Below, in pieces: positions 14,601-31,628 of a DNA stretch of 64,000 nucleotides; within the stretch, counting starts at the first letter, position 1, and each line of letters starts with the position of its first letter. The notes under the pieces were generated by a model. That model was not told the DNA's origin, made no database searches, and worked only from the letters and a program-made list of their open reading frames with translations. This stretch comes from Eledone cirrhosa. Taxonomy: Eukaryota. The position numbers were made by a program, and so were the translations under genes. The stretch is from contig OZ024744.1 in assembly GCA_964016885.1 (NCBI GenBank), positions 26,102,001-26,166,000 on the forward strand. Direction: 5' to 3'.

Positions 14601-17600
14601 CTCTGTAGATGTGTTTGTATGTAACTCAGTAGATGGGTGTGAATGTAACTCAGTAGATGTGTGTGTATGTAACACAGTAGATATGTGTGTATGTAACTCA
14701 GTAGATGTGTGTATGTAACTCAGTAGATGGGTGTGTATATAATACATTAGATTTGTGTATGTAACACATTAGATGTGTGTGTATGTAACACAATAGATAT
14801 GTGTGTATGTAACTCATTAGATATGTGTGTATGTAACCCAGTAGATGTGTGTGTATGTAACTCAGTAAATGTGTGTGTATGTAACACAATAGATGTTTGT
14901 ATGTAACTCAGTAGATGTGTGTGTATGTAACACACTAGATGTGTGTGTATGTAACTCAGTATTTGTGAATGTATGTAACTCGGTAGATGCGTTTATGTAA
15001 CTCAGCAGTTGTGTGTATGTAACTCAGTAGATGTGTGTGTATGTTTACTCAGTAGATGTGTGTGCATGTTACTCAGAAGATGTGTGCGTATGTATCTCAG
15101 TAGATGTGTGTATGTAACGCAGTATACATGTGTATATAACTCAGTAGATATGTGTGTATGTAAGTCAGTACATGTGTGTGGATATAACTGTGAAGATATG
15201 TGTGTATATAACACAGTAGAAATGGGTATGCAACTCAGTAGATGTGTGTGTATGTAACTCAGTAGATGTGTTTGTATGTAACTCAGTAGGTGTGCGTGAA
15301 TGTAACTCAGTAGATGTGTGTGAATGTAACACAGTAGATGTATGTATGCAACTCAGTAAATATTTGTGTATGTAACACATAGATATTTGTGTATGTAATT
15401 CGGTATATGTGTGTGTATGTAACATAGTAGATGTTTCTATGTAACTCAGGAGATGTGTGCGTGTGTATCTGACCCATTAGATGTGTGTGTGTGTAACTCA
15501 ATAGATGTGTGTGTATGTAACACAATAGATGTGTTTATATGTAACTTAGTAGATGTGTGTGTATGTAACACAAGAGATATGTTTGTATGTAACTAAGTAG
15601 ATGTGTGTGTATGTAACCCATTAGATGTGTGTGTATGTAGTTCAGTAGATGTGTGTATGTAACACAGTAGATATGTCTGTATGTAACTCAGTAGATGTGT
15701 GTGTATGTAACACAAGAGATATGTTTGTATGTAAGACAGTAGATGTGTGCGTAAGTAAGACAGTAGATGTGTGTGTATGTAACACATTAGATATGTGTGT
15801 ATGTAACTCAGTTGATGTGTGTGTATGCAACTCAGTAGTTGTGTGTGTATGTAACACAGTAAATATATGTGCATGTAACTCAGTAGTTCTGTGTATGTAA
15901 CTCAGTAGATGTGTGGGGATGTAACACGATAGATGTGTGTGTAACTCAGTAGTTTTTTTTATGTAACACAGTAGATGGGTGTGTATGTAACACAGCAGTT
16001 GTCTGTATGTAACTCAGTAGATGTGTGTGTATGTAACACAGCAGTTGTGTGTATGTATCTCAGTAGATGTGTGTGTATGTAACACAGTAGATGTGTGTGT
16101 GTAACTCAGTAGATGTATGTGTATGTAATTCAGTATATATATATGTGTGTTACTCAGTAGATGTGTGTGGATGTAACTGTGAAGATATGTGTGTATGTAA
16201 CTCAGTAGATGTGTGTATGAAACACAGTAGATGTTTGTGTGTGTCGCACGAGATATCTGTTTATGTAACTCAGTACATGTGTGTGGATGTAACTGTGAAG
16301 ATATGTGTGTATGTAACATAGTAGATGTGTGCATATCTAACTCAGTAGATTTGTGAATGTAACACAGTAGATGTGTGTGTATGTAACTCAGTATATGTGT
16401 GCGTATGTAACTCAGTAGATGTGTGTGTATGAAACTCAGTAGATGTGTGTATGTAACTCAATAGATGTGTGTGTATGTAACTCTGTAGATGTGTTTGTAT
16501 GTAACTCAGTAGATTGGTGTGAATGTAACTCAGTAGATGTGTGTGAATGTAACACAGTAGATATGTGTGTATGTAACTCAGTAGATGTGTGTATGTAACT
16601 CAGTAGATGGGTGTGTATGTAATACAGTAGATTTGTGTATGTAACACAGTAGATGTGTGTGTATGTAACACAATAGATATGTGTGTATGTAACTCATTAG
16701 ATGTGTGTGTATGTAACCCAGTAGATGTGTGTGTATGTAACTCAGTAGATGTGTGTGTGTATGTAACACAAGAAATATGTTAATTTGTAACTCAGTAGAT
16801 GTGTGTGTATGTAACTCAATAGATGTGCGTGTATGTAACTCAGTAGATGTGTGTATGTAACTCAGTAGATGTGTGTGTATGGAACTCAGTAGATATGTTT
16901 GTATGTAACTCAATAGATGTATGTGTATGTAACTCAGTAGATGTGTGTGTATGTAACACAGTAGATATGTGTGTATGTAACTCAGTAGATGAGTGTGTGT
17001 ATGTAACATAAGAGATATTTGTGTATTTAACTCAGTAGATGTGTGTGTATGTAACACAGTAGATGTGTGTATGTAACTTTAAAGATATGTGTCTATGTAA
17101 CTCAGTAGATATGTGTATGTAACACATTATATCCGTGTATATAACTGAGGAGTTGTGTGTGTTTATGAAAATCAGTAGATGTGTGTGTATGTAACTCAGT
17201 AGGTGTGTGTATGAAACACAGTAGATATGTGTGTATGTAACTCAGGAGATGTGTGTGTATGTAACACAGGAGATGTGTGTGTATGTAACACAGTAGATAT
17301 GTGTGTATGTAACTCAGTAGATGTGTGTGTATGTAACACAGTAGATATGTGTGTATGTAACTCTGAAGACGTGTGTATAGGTAACACAGTAGATGTGTGT
17401 GTATGTAACAGAGTAGATATTTGTGTATGTAACTCAGTAGATGTATGTATGTAACACAGTATATGCGTGCATATAACTCAGGAGGTGTATGTGTGTATGT
17501 AACCCAGTAGATGTGTATGTATGTAACTCAGTAGGTGTGTGTGTATGTAACACGATAGATGTTTGTATGTAACTCAGTAGGTGTGTGTGTATGTAACACA

Positions 17601-20600
17601 GTAGATGTGTGTGTATGTAACATAGGAGATGCGTGTATGTAACTCAGTAGATGTGTGTGTATGTAACAGGGTAGATGTGTGTGTATGTAACTCAGTATTT
17701 GTGAGTGTATGTAACACAGTAGATGTGTCTATGTAACTCAGCAGTTGTGTGTATGTAACTCAGTAGATGTGTGTGTATGTAACACAGAAGATGGGTGTGT
17801 GTAACTCAGTAGATGTATGTGTATGTAATTCAGCTGATATGTGTGTATGTAACACGGTAGATGTGTGTGTGTCTCAGTAGATATGTGTGTATGTAACTCA
17901 GTAGATGTGTGTGGGTGTAAATGTGAAGATATGTGTGTATTTAACACAGTAGATGTGTGCGTATGTCACTTAGTAGATGAGCGTATGTAACACAGTAGAT
18001 GTGTGTGTATGTTTCTCAGTGGACGTGAGTATGTAACGCAGTAGATTTGAGTATGTAACTCAGCAGAAGTGGCAGTATGTAACTCAGTAGATGTGTGTGT
18101 ATGTAACACAGTCGATATGTGTGTATGTAACTCAGTAGATATGTGTATATGTAAGACAGTAGATGTGTGTATGTAACTCAGTAGATACGTGTGTATGTAA
18201 TTCAGTTGATGTGTATGTATGTAACTTAGTAGATGTGTGTATGTAACACAGTATACATGACTATCTAACTCAGTAGATGTGTGTGTATGTAAGACAGTAG
18301 GTGTGTGTATGTAACTCAGTAGATATGTGTGTATGTAACTCAGTAGATGTGTGTTGGATGTAACTGTGAAGATGTGTTTTGTATGTAACTCAGTAGATGT
18401 GTGTGTATATAACACAGTAGATGTATGTATGTAACCCAGAAGATGTGTGTGTATGTAGTGTATGTAACTCAGTAGATGTGCGAATGTAACCTAGTAGATA
18501 ACTCTTTATGTAATTTAACTCAGTAGATGTGTGTATGTAACACAGTATATGGTTGTATATAACTCATGAGGTGTGTGTGACTGTATGTAACCCAGTAGAT
18601 GTATATGCATGTAGCTCAGCAGATGTGTGTGTATGTAATACTATAGATATAATTGTATGTAGCACAGTAGATGTGTGTGTATGTAACACTGTAGATATGT
18701 GTGTATGTAATACAGTATATATGTGTGTATGTAACACAGTAGATGTGTGTGTATGTAACACACTAGATATGTCTGTATGTAACTCAGGAGATGTGTGTAT
18801 GTATGTAACCCAGTAGATGTGTGTGTATTTAACTCAGTAGATGTGTGAATGTAACACAGTAGATATTTATGTAACTTTACTCAGTATATGTGTGTATGTA
18901 ACTCAGTAGATGTGTGTATGTAACCCAGTATATGTGTATGTATGTAACTCAATAGATGTGTGTCTATATAACACAATAGATATGTTTGTATGTAACTCAG
19001 TAGATGTGTGTGTATGTAACACAATAGATGTGTGTGTATATGTAACTCAGTTGATGTGTGTGTATGTAACACAGTAGATATGTGTGTATGTAACTCAGTA
19101 GATATTTGTGTATGTAACACAATAGATGTGTTTGCATGTAACTCAGTAGATGTGTGTGTATGTAACGCAGTAGATATGTGTGTATGTAGCACAGTAGATA
19201 TCTGTGTATGTAACTCAGTAGATGTGTGTGTATGTAATACAGTAGCTGTGTGTGTATGTAACCCAGTAGATGTTTGTGTATGTAACTCAATAGATGTGTA
19301 AATGTAACATAGTAAATATGTATGAATGTAACTCAGTAGATGTGTGTGCATGTAACACCATATATGTGTATGTATGTAACTCAGTAGATGTGTGTGTATG
19401 TAACACATTAGATGTCTGTATGTAACTCAGTAGATGTGTGTGTATGTAACTCAGTAGATGTGTGTATGTAACTCACTAGATGTATGTATATGTTACTCAG
19501 AGGATGTGTGTGTATGTAACTCACTAGATGTGTGTATGTAACCCAGTATACGTGTGTATATAACTCAGTAGATATGTCTGTATGTAACTCAGTAGATGTT
19601 TGTACGTAACACAGTAGATGTGTGTTTGTTTGTCAGTAGATATGTGTTTACGTAACACATTAGATGTGTGTGGATGAAACTGTGAAGATATAGTGTATGT
19701 AATACAATAGATGTGTGTCTATGTACATCAGTAAATGTATGTGTATGTAATTCAGTTGATGTGTATGTATGTAACTCAGTAGATGTGTGTATGTAACACA
19801 GTATACGTGTGTATATAACTCAGTAGATGTGTGTGGATGTAACTGTGAAGATATGTGTGTATGTAACTCAGTAGATGTGTGTGTATGAAACACAGTAGAT
19901 GTGTGTGTGTGTCTCAGTAGATATGTGTGTATGTAACTCAGTAGATGTGTGTGGGTGTAACTGTGAAGATATGTGTGTATGTAACACAGTAGATGTGTGC
20001 ATATATAACTCAGTAGATGTGTGTATATAACACAGTAGATGTGTGTATATGTAACTCAGTAGACGTGTGTATGTATCGCAGTAGATTTGTGTATGTAACT
20101 CAGTAGATGTGTTTGTATGTAACTCAGTAGATTTGTGTGTATGTACCACAGTAGATATGTGTGTATGTAACTCATTAGATGTGTGTGTATGTAATTCAGT
20201 TGATGTGTGTGTATGTAACACAGTATACGTGTGTATATAACTCAGTAGAGGTATGTGTATGTAACTCAATAGTTATTGTGTATGTAACTCAGTAGATGTT
20301 TGTGTATGTAACACAGTTGATGTATGTATGTAACTCAGGTGATATGTATGTGTATGTAACCCAGTAGATGTGTGTGTACGTAACTCAGTAGATGGGTAAA
20401 TGTAACACAGCAGATATGTCTTTATGTATCTTAACTAAGTAGATGTGTGTATGTAACACAGTACATGGGTGTATATAACTCAGGAGGTGGGTGTGTGTCT
20501 GTATGTAACCGAGTAGATGTGTATGTATGTAACTCAGTAGATGTGTGTGTATGTAATACAGTAGATATGTGTGCATGTAACTCAGGAGATGTGTGTGTGT

Positions 20601-23600
20601 GTATGTAACCCAGTAGATATGTCTGAATGTAACTCAGTAGATGTGTGTGTATGTAACACAATTGATGTGTGTGTATGTAACTCAGTAGATGTGTGTGTAT
20701 GTAACCCAGTAGATGTGTGTGTATGTAACTCAGTAGACATGTGTATGTAACTCAGTTGATTTGTGTATGTAACTCAGTGGATGTGTGTGTATGTAACTCA
20801 ATCGATGTGTGAGTATGTAACACAGTAGATATGTGTGTATGTAACTCAGTAGATGTGTGTATGTAACACAGTAGATGTTTGTGTGTGTCGCACGAGATAT
20901 CTGTGTATGTAACTCAGTACATGTGTGTGGATGTAACTGTGAAGATATGTGTGTATGTAACATAGTAGATGTGTGCGTATCTAACTCAGTAGATTTGTGA
21001 ATGTAACACAGTAGATGTGTGTCTATGTAACTCAGTATATGTGTGCGTATGTAACTCAGTAGATGTGTGTGTATGAAACTCAATAGATGTGTGTGTATGT
21101 AACTTTGTAGATGTGTTTGTATGTAACTCAGTAGATGGGTGTGAATGTAACTCAGTAGATGTGTGTGAATGTAACACAGTAGATATGTGTGTATGTAACT
21201 CAGTAGATGTCTGTATGTAACTCAGTAGATGGGTGTGTATGTAATACAGTAGATTTGTGGTATGTAACACAGTAGATGTGTGTGTATGTAACACAATAGA
21301 TATGTGTGTATGTAACTCATTAGATGGGTGTGTATGTAACCCCGTAGATGTGTGTGTATGTAACTCAGTAGATGTGTGTGTGTATGTAACACAAGAAATA
21401 TGTTAATTTGTAACTCAGTAGATGTGTGTGTATGTAACTCAGTAGATGTGTGTATGTAACTCAGTAGATGTGTGTGTATGGAACTCAGTAGATATGTGTG
21501 TATGTAACTCAATAGATGTATGTGTATGTAACTCAGTAGATGTGTGTGTATGTAACACAGTAGATATGTGTGTATGTAACTCAGTAGATGAGTGTGTGTA
21601 TGTAACATAAGAGATATTTGTGTATTTAACTCAGTAGATGTGTGTTACGTAACTTTAAAGATATGTGTCTATGTAACTCAGTATATATGTGTATGTAACA
21701 CATTATATCTGTGTATATAACTGAGGAGTTGTGTGTGTTTATCAAACTCAGTAGATGTGCGTGTATGGAACTCAGTAGGTGTGTGTATGAAACACAGTAG
21801 ATAAGTGTGTATGTAACTCAGGAGATGTGTGTGTATGTAACACAGGAGATGTGTGTGTATGTAACACAGTAGATATGTGTGTATGTAACTCAGTAGATGT
21901 GTGTGTATGTAACACAGTAGATATGTGTGTATGTAACTCTGAAGATGTGTGTATAGGTAACACAGTAGATGTGTGTGTATGTAACTCAGTAGATGTGTGT
22001 GTATGTAACTCAGTAGATGTGTGTGTGTATGTAACACAGTAGATATTTGTGTTTGTAACTCAGTACATGTGGGTGTATGTACCATAGTACATGTATGTGT
22101 GTAACTCAGTGGATGTGTGTGTATGTAACCCTGTAGATGTGTGTGTATGGAACACGATAGATATGTTTGTATGTAACTCAGTATATGTGTGTGCATGTAA
22201 CACAGTAGATGTGTTTGTATGTAATACAGTAGATATGTGTGTATGTAACTCAGTAGATGTGTGTGTATGTAACACAATAGAGTTGTCTGTATGTCCTACA
22301 GTAGATGTGTGTGTATGTAACCCAGTAGATGTGAGTGTATGTTACTTAAATCAATAAATATCCGTATGTAACTCAGTAGATGTATGTATGTAACACAGTA
22401 TATGCGTGTATATAACTCAGGAGGTGTATGTGTCTGTATGTAACCCAGTAGATGTGTATGTATGTAACTCAGTAGGTGTGTGTGTATGTAACACGATAGA
22501 TGTTTGTATGTAACTCAGTAGATGTGTGTGTATGTAACACAGTAGATGTGTGTGTATGTAACATAGGAGATGTGTGTATGTAACTCAGTAGATGTGTGTG
22601 TATGTAACACGGTAGATGTGTGTGTATGTAACTCAGTATTTGTGAGTGTATGTAACACAGTAGATGTGTCTATGTAACTCAGCAATTGTGTGTATGTAAC
22701 TCAGTAGATGTGTGTGTATGTAACACAGTAGATGGGTGTGTGTAACTCAGTAGATGTATGTGTATGTAATTCAGCTGATATGTGTGTATGTAACACAGTA
22801 GATGTGTGTGTGTCTCAGTAGATATGTGTGTATGTAACTCAGTAGATGTGTGTGGGTGTAAATGTGAAGATATGTGTGTATTTAACACAGTAGATGTGTG
22901 CGTATGTCACTCAGTAGATGAGCGTATGTAACACAGTAGATGTGTGTGTATGTATCTGAGTAGACGAGAGTATGTAACGCAGTAGATTTGTGTATGTAAC
23001 TCAGCAGAAGTGGCAGTATGTAACTCAGTAGATGTGTGTGTATGTAACACAGTCGATATGTGTGTATGTAACTCAGTAGATATGTGTATATGTAAGACAG
23101 TAGATGTGTGTATGTAACTCAGTAGATACGTGTGTATGTAATTCAGTTGATGTGTATGTATGTAACTTAGTAGATGTGTGTATGTAACACAGTATACATG
23201 ACTATCTAACTCAGTAGATGTGTGTGTATGTAAGACAGTAGGTGTGTGTATGTAACTCAGTAGATATGTGTGTATGTAACTCAGTAGATGTGTGTTGGAT
23301 GTAACTGTGAAGATGTGTGTGTATGTAACTCAGTAGATGTGTGTGTATGTAACACAGTAGATGTATGTATGTAACTCAGATGATGTGTGTGTGTATGTAA
23401 CCCAGAAGATGTGTGTGTATATAACACAGTAGATGTGTGTCTATGTAACACAGTAGATGTATGTATGTAACTCAGGTGATGTGTGTGTGTATGTAACCCA
23501 GAAGATGTGTGTGTATGTAGTGTATGTAACTCAGTAGATGTGCGAATGTAACCCAGTAGATAACTCTTTATGTAATTTAACTCAGTAGATGTGTGTATGT

Positions 23601-26600
23601 AACACAGTATATGGCTGTATATAACTCATGAGGTGTGTGTGTCTGTATGTAACCCAGTAGATGTATATGCATGTAGCTCAGCAGATGTGTCTGTATGTAA
23701 TACTATCGATATAATTGTATGTAGCTCAGTAGATGTGTGTGTATGTAACACTGTAGATATGTGTGTATGTAATACAGTATATATGTGTGTGTGACACAGT
23801 AGATGTGTGTGTATGTAACACACTAGATATGTCTGTATGTAACTCAGGAGATGTGTGTATGTATGTAACCCAGTAGATGTGTGTGTATTTAACTCAGTAG
23901 ATGTGTGAATGTAACACAGTAGATATTTATGTAACTTTACTCAGTATATGTGTGTATGTAACTCAGTAGATGTGTGTATGTAACCCAGTATATGTGTATG
24001 TATGTAACTCAATAGATGTGTGTGTATGTAACACAATAGATATGTTTGTATGTAACTCAGTAGATGTGTGTGTATGTAACACAATAGATGTGTGTGTATA
24101 TGTAACTCAGTTGATGTGTGTGTATGTAACACAGTAGATATGTGTGTATGTAACTCAGTAGATATTTGTGTATGTAACACAATAGATGTGTTTGCATGTA
24201 ACTCAGTAGATGTGTGTGTATGTAACGCAGTAGATGTGTGTGTATGTAACACAGTAGATATTTGTGTATGGAACTCAGTAGATGTGTGTGTATGTAATAC
24301 AGTAGCTGTGTGTGTATGTAACCCAGTAGATGTGTGTGTATGTAACTCAATAGATGTATAAATGTAACATAGTAAATATGTATGAATGTAACTCAGTAGA
24401 TGTGTGTGCATGTATCACCATAGATGTGTATGTATGTAACTCAGTAGATGTGTGTGTATGTAACACATTAGATGTCTGTATGTAACTCAGTAGATGTGTG
24501 TGTATGTAACTCAGTAGATGTGTGTATGTAACTCACTAGATGTATGTATATGTTACTCAGAGGATGTGTGTGTATGTAACTCACTAGATGTGTGTATGTA
24601 ACACAGTATACGTGTGTATATAACTCAGTAGATATGTGTGTATGTAACTGTGACGATATATGTGTATGTAACTCAGTAGATGTGTGTGTATGAAACACAG
24701 TAGATGTGTGTGTGTCTCAGTAGATATGTGTGTATGTAACTCAGTAGATGTGTGTGGGTGTAACTGTGAAGATATGTGTGTATGTAACACAGTAGATGTG
24801 TGCATATATAACTCAGTAGATGTGTGTATATAACACAGTAGATGTGTGTGTATGTAACTCAGTAGACGTGTGTATGTATCGCAGTAGATTTGTGTATGTA
24901 ACTCAGTAGATGTGTTTGTATGTAACTCAGTAGATTTGTGTGTATGTAATTCAGTTGATGTGTGTGTATGTAACACAGTATACGTGTGTATATAACTCAG
25001 TAGAGGTATGTGTATGTAACTCAATAGTTATGTGTGTATGTAACTCAGTAGATGTTTGTGTATGTAACACAGTTGATGTATGTATGTAACTCAGGTGATG
25101 TGTATGTAACCCAGTAGATGTGTGTGTACGTAACTCAGTAGATGGGTAAATGTAACACAGTAGATATGTCTTTATGTAACTTAACTAAGTAGATGTGTGT
25201 ATGTAACACAGTACATGGGTGTATATAACTCGGGAGGTGGGTGTGTGTCTGTATGTAACCGAGTAGATGTGTATGTATGTAATTCAGTAGATGTGTGTGT
25301 ATGTAATACAGTAGATATGTGTGTATGTAACACAGTAGGTGTGTGTGTATGTAATACAGTAGATATGTGTGTATGTAACACAGTAGATGTGTGTGTATGT
25401 AACAAAGTAGATATGTGTGCATGTAACTCAGGAGATGTGTGTGTGTGTATGTAACCCAGTAGATGTGTGTGTAGGTAACTCAGTAGATGTGTGAATGTAA
25501 CACAGTAGATATGTCTGAATGTAACTCAGTAGATGTGTGTGTATGTAACACAATTGATGTGTGTGTTTGTACCTCAGTAGATGTGTGTGTATGTAACCCA
25601 GTAGATGTGTGTGTATGTTACTCAGTAGACATGTGTATGTAACTCAGTTGATTTGTGTATGTAACTCAGTGTATGTGTGTGTATGTAACTCAGTCGATGT
25701 GTGAGTATGTAACACAGTAGATATGTGTGTATGTAACTCAGTAGATGTGTGTGTCTGTAAGACAGTAGATGTATGTATGTAACTCAGTTGATGTGTGTGT
25801 ATGTAATTCAGTTGATGTGTGTATGTAACTCAGTAGATGTGTGTGTATGTTACTCAGAAGATGTGTGTGTATATAACTCTGTAGATGTATGTATGTAGCA
25901 CAGTATACGTGTGTATATAACTCAGGAGATATGTGTGGGTGTATGAAACCCGGTAGATGCGTGTGTGTATAACTCAGTAGATGAGTGTGTATGTAACACA
26001 ATAGATATGTTTGTATGTAACTCAGTAGATGTTTGTGTATCTAACACTGTAGATGTGTGTATGTAACACAATAGATATGTGCGTATGTAACGTGTGTGTA
26101 TGTAATACAATAGATGCGTGTGTATGCAACTCAATAGATGTGTGTGTATGTAACTCGGTAGATTGTGTGTATGTAACACAGTAGATGTAAGTATGTAACT
26201 CAGGGGATATGTGTGTATATATAACCCAGTAGATGTGTGTGTATGTAACTCAGTACATGTGTGTGTATGTAACACAGTAGATAAGTGTGTATGTAACTCA
26301 GTAGATGTGTGTGTATATAACACAATAGATGTATGTGTATGTAACTCAGTAGATGTGTGTGTATGTAACTCATTATATGTGTGTGTATGTAAGTCGGTAG
26401 ATGTGTGTGTATGTAACACAGTAGATGTATGTATGTTATTCAGGGAATGTGTGTGTGTATAACACCCAGTAGATGTGTGTGTGTGTAACTCTGTACATGT
26501 GTGTGTATGTAACACAGTAGATATGTGTGTATGTAACTGAATAGATGTATGTGTATGTAACACAACAGATGTGTGTGTATGTAACTCAGTAGATGTGAGT

Positions 26601-26798
26601 GTATGTGACTCATTAGATGTGTGTATGTAACTCAGTAGATATGTGTGTATATAAGACAATAGATGTGTGTGTATGTAACATAGTAGATGTGTGTATGTAA
26701 CACAATAGATGTGTGTGTATGAAACTCAGTAGATGTGTGTGTATGTAACACAGTAGATGTATGTGTATGTAACTCAGAATATGTGTGTGTATGTAAAT
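8612..26798. repeat. 22-24-bp minisatellite (TATGTAAC[T/A]CAGTAGATGTGTGTG)n, ~18 kb
   Basis: Continuous tandem units with variable (TG) number. Diagnostic variants recur at 4-5 kb offsets. Confidence 0.98.
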
Positions 26799-26833
26799 CT
26801 ACGTTCAAATTTATAATATGATAAAGAATATTT

Positions 26834-29459
<2,626 letters not shown>

Positions 29460-29462
<3 letters not shown>

Positions 29463-30293
29463 CTCAGTCTCAACCTCCCGCATCAAATCCTCTGCCTCCT
29501 TCACTGTATTTGTCACCAAAACTATGTCGTCGGCAAATTCAGCATCCGATACCTTTTTCGCCTCAACTCTCCTGCTCTGAGCCGGTGCTACAGTAAAGCC
29601 AGTATCCTGGTGTTTCTCCAGTGCAAGGGGCTGAGAATGAATGAGACTAAAACAAAATATCTGGTAGAGAATGTTGAGAAGCCAGAGGGGATCACTAATG
29701 TAGGCGGGAAGCCGCTGGAATTGGTTGAGGACTTCCTGTATTTGTGAGCAAAGATTGGGAATACGGAGGATGATGTGGTTGAGAGGAAGAGCAAGGCCTG
29801 GGCGGCGTGTCACAGCTTGAGATCGGTGTGGAAGTCGGACCTTCGTAGAGACCTGAAAATCCGCCTCTTCATTGCTGTAGTGGAGTCTGTGCTGCTGTAT
29901 GGGTCTGAGACTTGGACACTGACCAAGAGACTCACTCAGATGGTGGATGGGTGCTACACGAGAATGCTGAGGATGGCTCTGAACATTAATCAGTATACAC
30001 TGAGCATGAAAAACTCAGAGCTGTATGGGAGCATCCCAAAAGTCAGCTCAAATGTGACACAGAGGAGACTGAGGTTGGCTGGACATGCTCACCGACATCC
30101 AGAGTTGACATTGCACTCAGTGCTCCTTTGGGAGCCCCTACATGGACACACTAGAAGAGGAAGACCAAGGTTAACATATGTTGATGCCCTAAGGACAGAC
30201 ACTGGTCTGTTGGAGATGCAGGATATGGCAGCGATAATGAGGGACAGAGACCGCTGGAGAGAACTCGTCCATGGATCTCGGGAATTTTACCCG

Positions 30294-30296
<3 letters not shown>
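29460..30296 (+). mobile_element. 5'-truncated, 5'-inverted RTE-type LINE (RT C-terminal half) inserted in (TA)n
   Basis: The plus strand encodes GLRMNETKTKY..VEDFLYL*..KAWAAC..VESVLLYGSETWTLT..RRLRLAGH..RRGRPRLTY. The preceding RT segment with EFADDIVL is on the minus strand at 29460-29626. Premature stop at ~29745. Confidence 0.9.
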
Positions 30297-30351
<55 letters not shown>

Positions 30352-30355
<4 letters not shown>

Positions 30356-30665
30356 AAAAAGAGATGAAATCGAAAATGCAACTGGAGTCTTATTTTTTTT
30401 TTTAAATTATATATTTATTTAAAGGTGAGTTGAGATGGAGGGTCTATGGTTTTTCTCAGAGAAAAACCACAGACCCTCCATCTCAACTCACCTTTTGAAA
30501 AGCAGAAGAACTGCGAAACCGGTAAAGGAACCAAATAAATATATAAATTTTAAAAAAAAATAAGACTCCAGTTGCATTTTCGATTTCATCTTTTTTTCTT
30601 TATACTTTCACTCGTGTAGGACACCTCGGTTATTTTTCATTTTGTAAAAAAAACCTCACTTTCTA

Positions 30666-30667
<2 letters not shown>
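30352..30667 (+). mobile_element. Foldback non-coding element, family A (probable Penelope-like pLTR remnant)
   Basis: Inverted arms ~30352-30458 / 30459-30603, unpaired tail 30604-30667, (TA)n on both sides. Single-arm copies at 38731-38937 and 45801-45925. Confidence 0.8.
30491..30528 (+). ncRNA. Minimal type-I hammerhead ribozyme, U3-A8 core variant (family A)
   Basis: CCTT-TTGAAAA-GCAG(AAGAA)CTGC-GAAA-CCGG-TA-AAGG: stem I CCTT/AAGG, stem II GCAG/CTGC, palindromic stem III ACCGGT, GUA cleavage triplet. Confidence 0.8.
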
Positions 30668-30698
<31 letters not shown>

Positions 30699-30849
30699 CC
30701 CCCTCCGCCTCCGTGGTATTTTCTTCAGGGTTATAAGAGGCTTAGCTCTGTTTCTTGACCGTTGTATCGCGTGACTATCTCCCCCTCCGCCTTTTGGGAT
30801 TCTTTCTCACGTCGTGTAGACGCGTTCTTGAGACTAGTAAAATGAGGTA

Positions 30850-30939
30850 TCCTCTTGATAAGTCGGCAGACCTCGCAAGGACTCTATATCTTTATGATAT
30901 ATTGTTTTTGTTTATGCCACGAAACTACGTTGTCGAGGA
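30850..30939 (+). ncRNA. Type-I hammerhead ribozyme, U3-A8 variant with long loop II
   Basis: TCCTC-TTGATAA-GT(C)GGCA..~45 nt..TGCCAC-GAAA-CTACGTTG-TC-GAGGA. Stem I TCCTC/GAGGA, near-palindromic stem III, GUC triplet. Confidence 0.7.
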
Positions 30940-31008
30940 ATTTAGGAGCAGTTTAGGTATGATACATTTTATTACTAATTATATCTAAATGTTTCTTCTC
31001 TCTTCATA

Positions 31009-31078
<70 letters not shown>

Positions 31079-31330
31079 ATAACAACACAATCGGTACAGT
31101 ATATGGAAGGTCTATATAAGGTTAACGCTTGATATACCAAGAAGTGGGTCTAAACGTTGCGGACCATAGTCGTTCATCACAAGAAAGGATGAGGAATAAA
31201 ATAGATTGAGGCGATGGGCAGGATTGAATTAGAAAAAATGTCTTTAGATAAAAATAACTGGTCCATTGACATCTCTTGCAAAACTGTTGGTGCTATATAT
31301 ATATGTATATATATATATATATATAATATA

Positions 31331-31592
31331 TATATGTAAAAATAAACACAGTAAATTGTGTGTCTAAAATTACGAGGGTAGAAGTACCACAGTGGTTTGA
31401 TAAATTTCACCTGAAGGAAATGTTTGCTACAGGCTAAATCTATCAAACCAATGTGTTATTTCTACCCTTTTAATTTTAGACAGAATTTACTGTGTTTATT
31501 TCTACATATATTATTATAAAATGGTCAGTATTTATACTTTGAGCTTGTTAATAACAGGGTATCAATATATGTTAGTAACTCTGTATTTTATT

Positions 31593-31595
<3 letters not shown>
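31331..31595. repeat. Foldback element between (TA)n runs
   Basis: Imperfect inverted arms ~31331-31407 / 31436-31510, then a ~85-bp unpaired tail. No ribozyme core seen. Confidence 0.75.

Positions 31596-31621
<26 letters not shown>

Positions 31622-31628
<7 letters not shown>

Noticed and set aside
8899-26659. His/Thr-rich and CVC-repeat ORFs
   Set aside because: Minisatellite translation artefacts.
8612-26798. CRISPR-like or telomeric array
   Set aside because: There are no unique spacers, no cas genes and no (TTAGGG)n; the units are directly tandem.
31115-31175. Possible further hammerhead (TTGATAT..GGTC-TAAAC)
   Set aside because: The core and stems are too degenerate to support a call.
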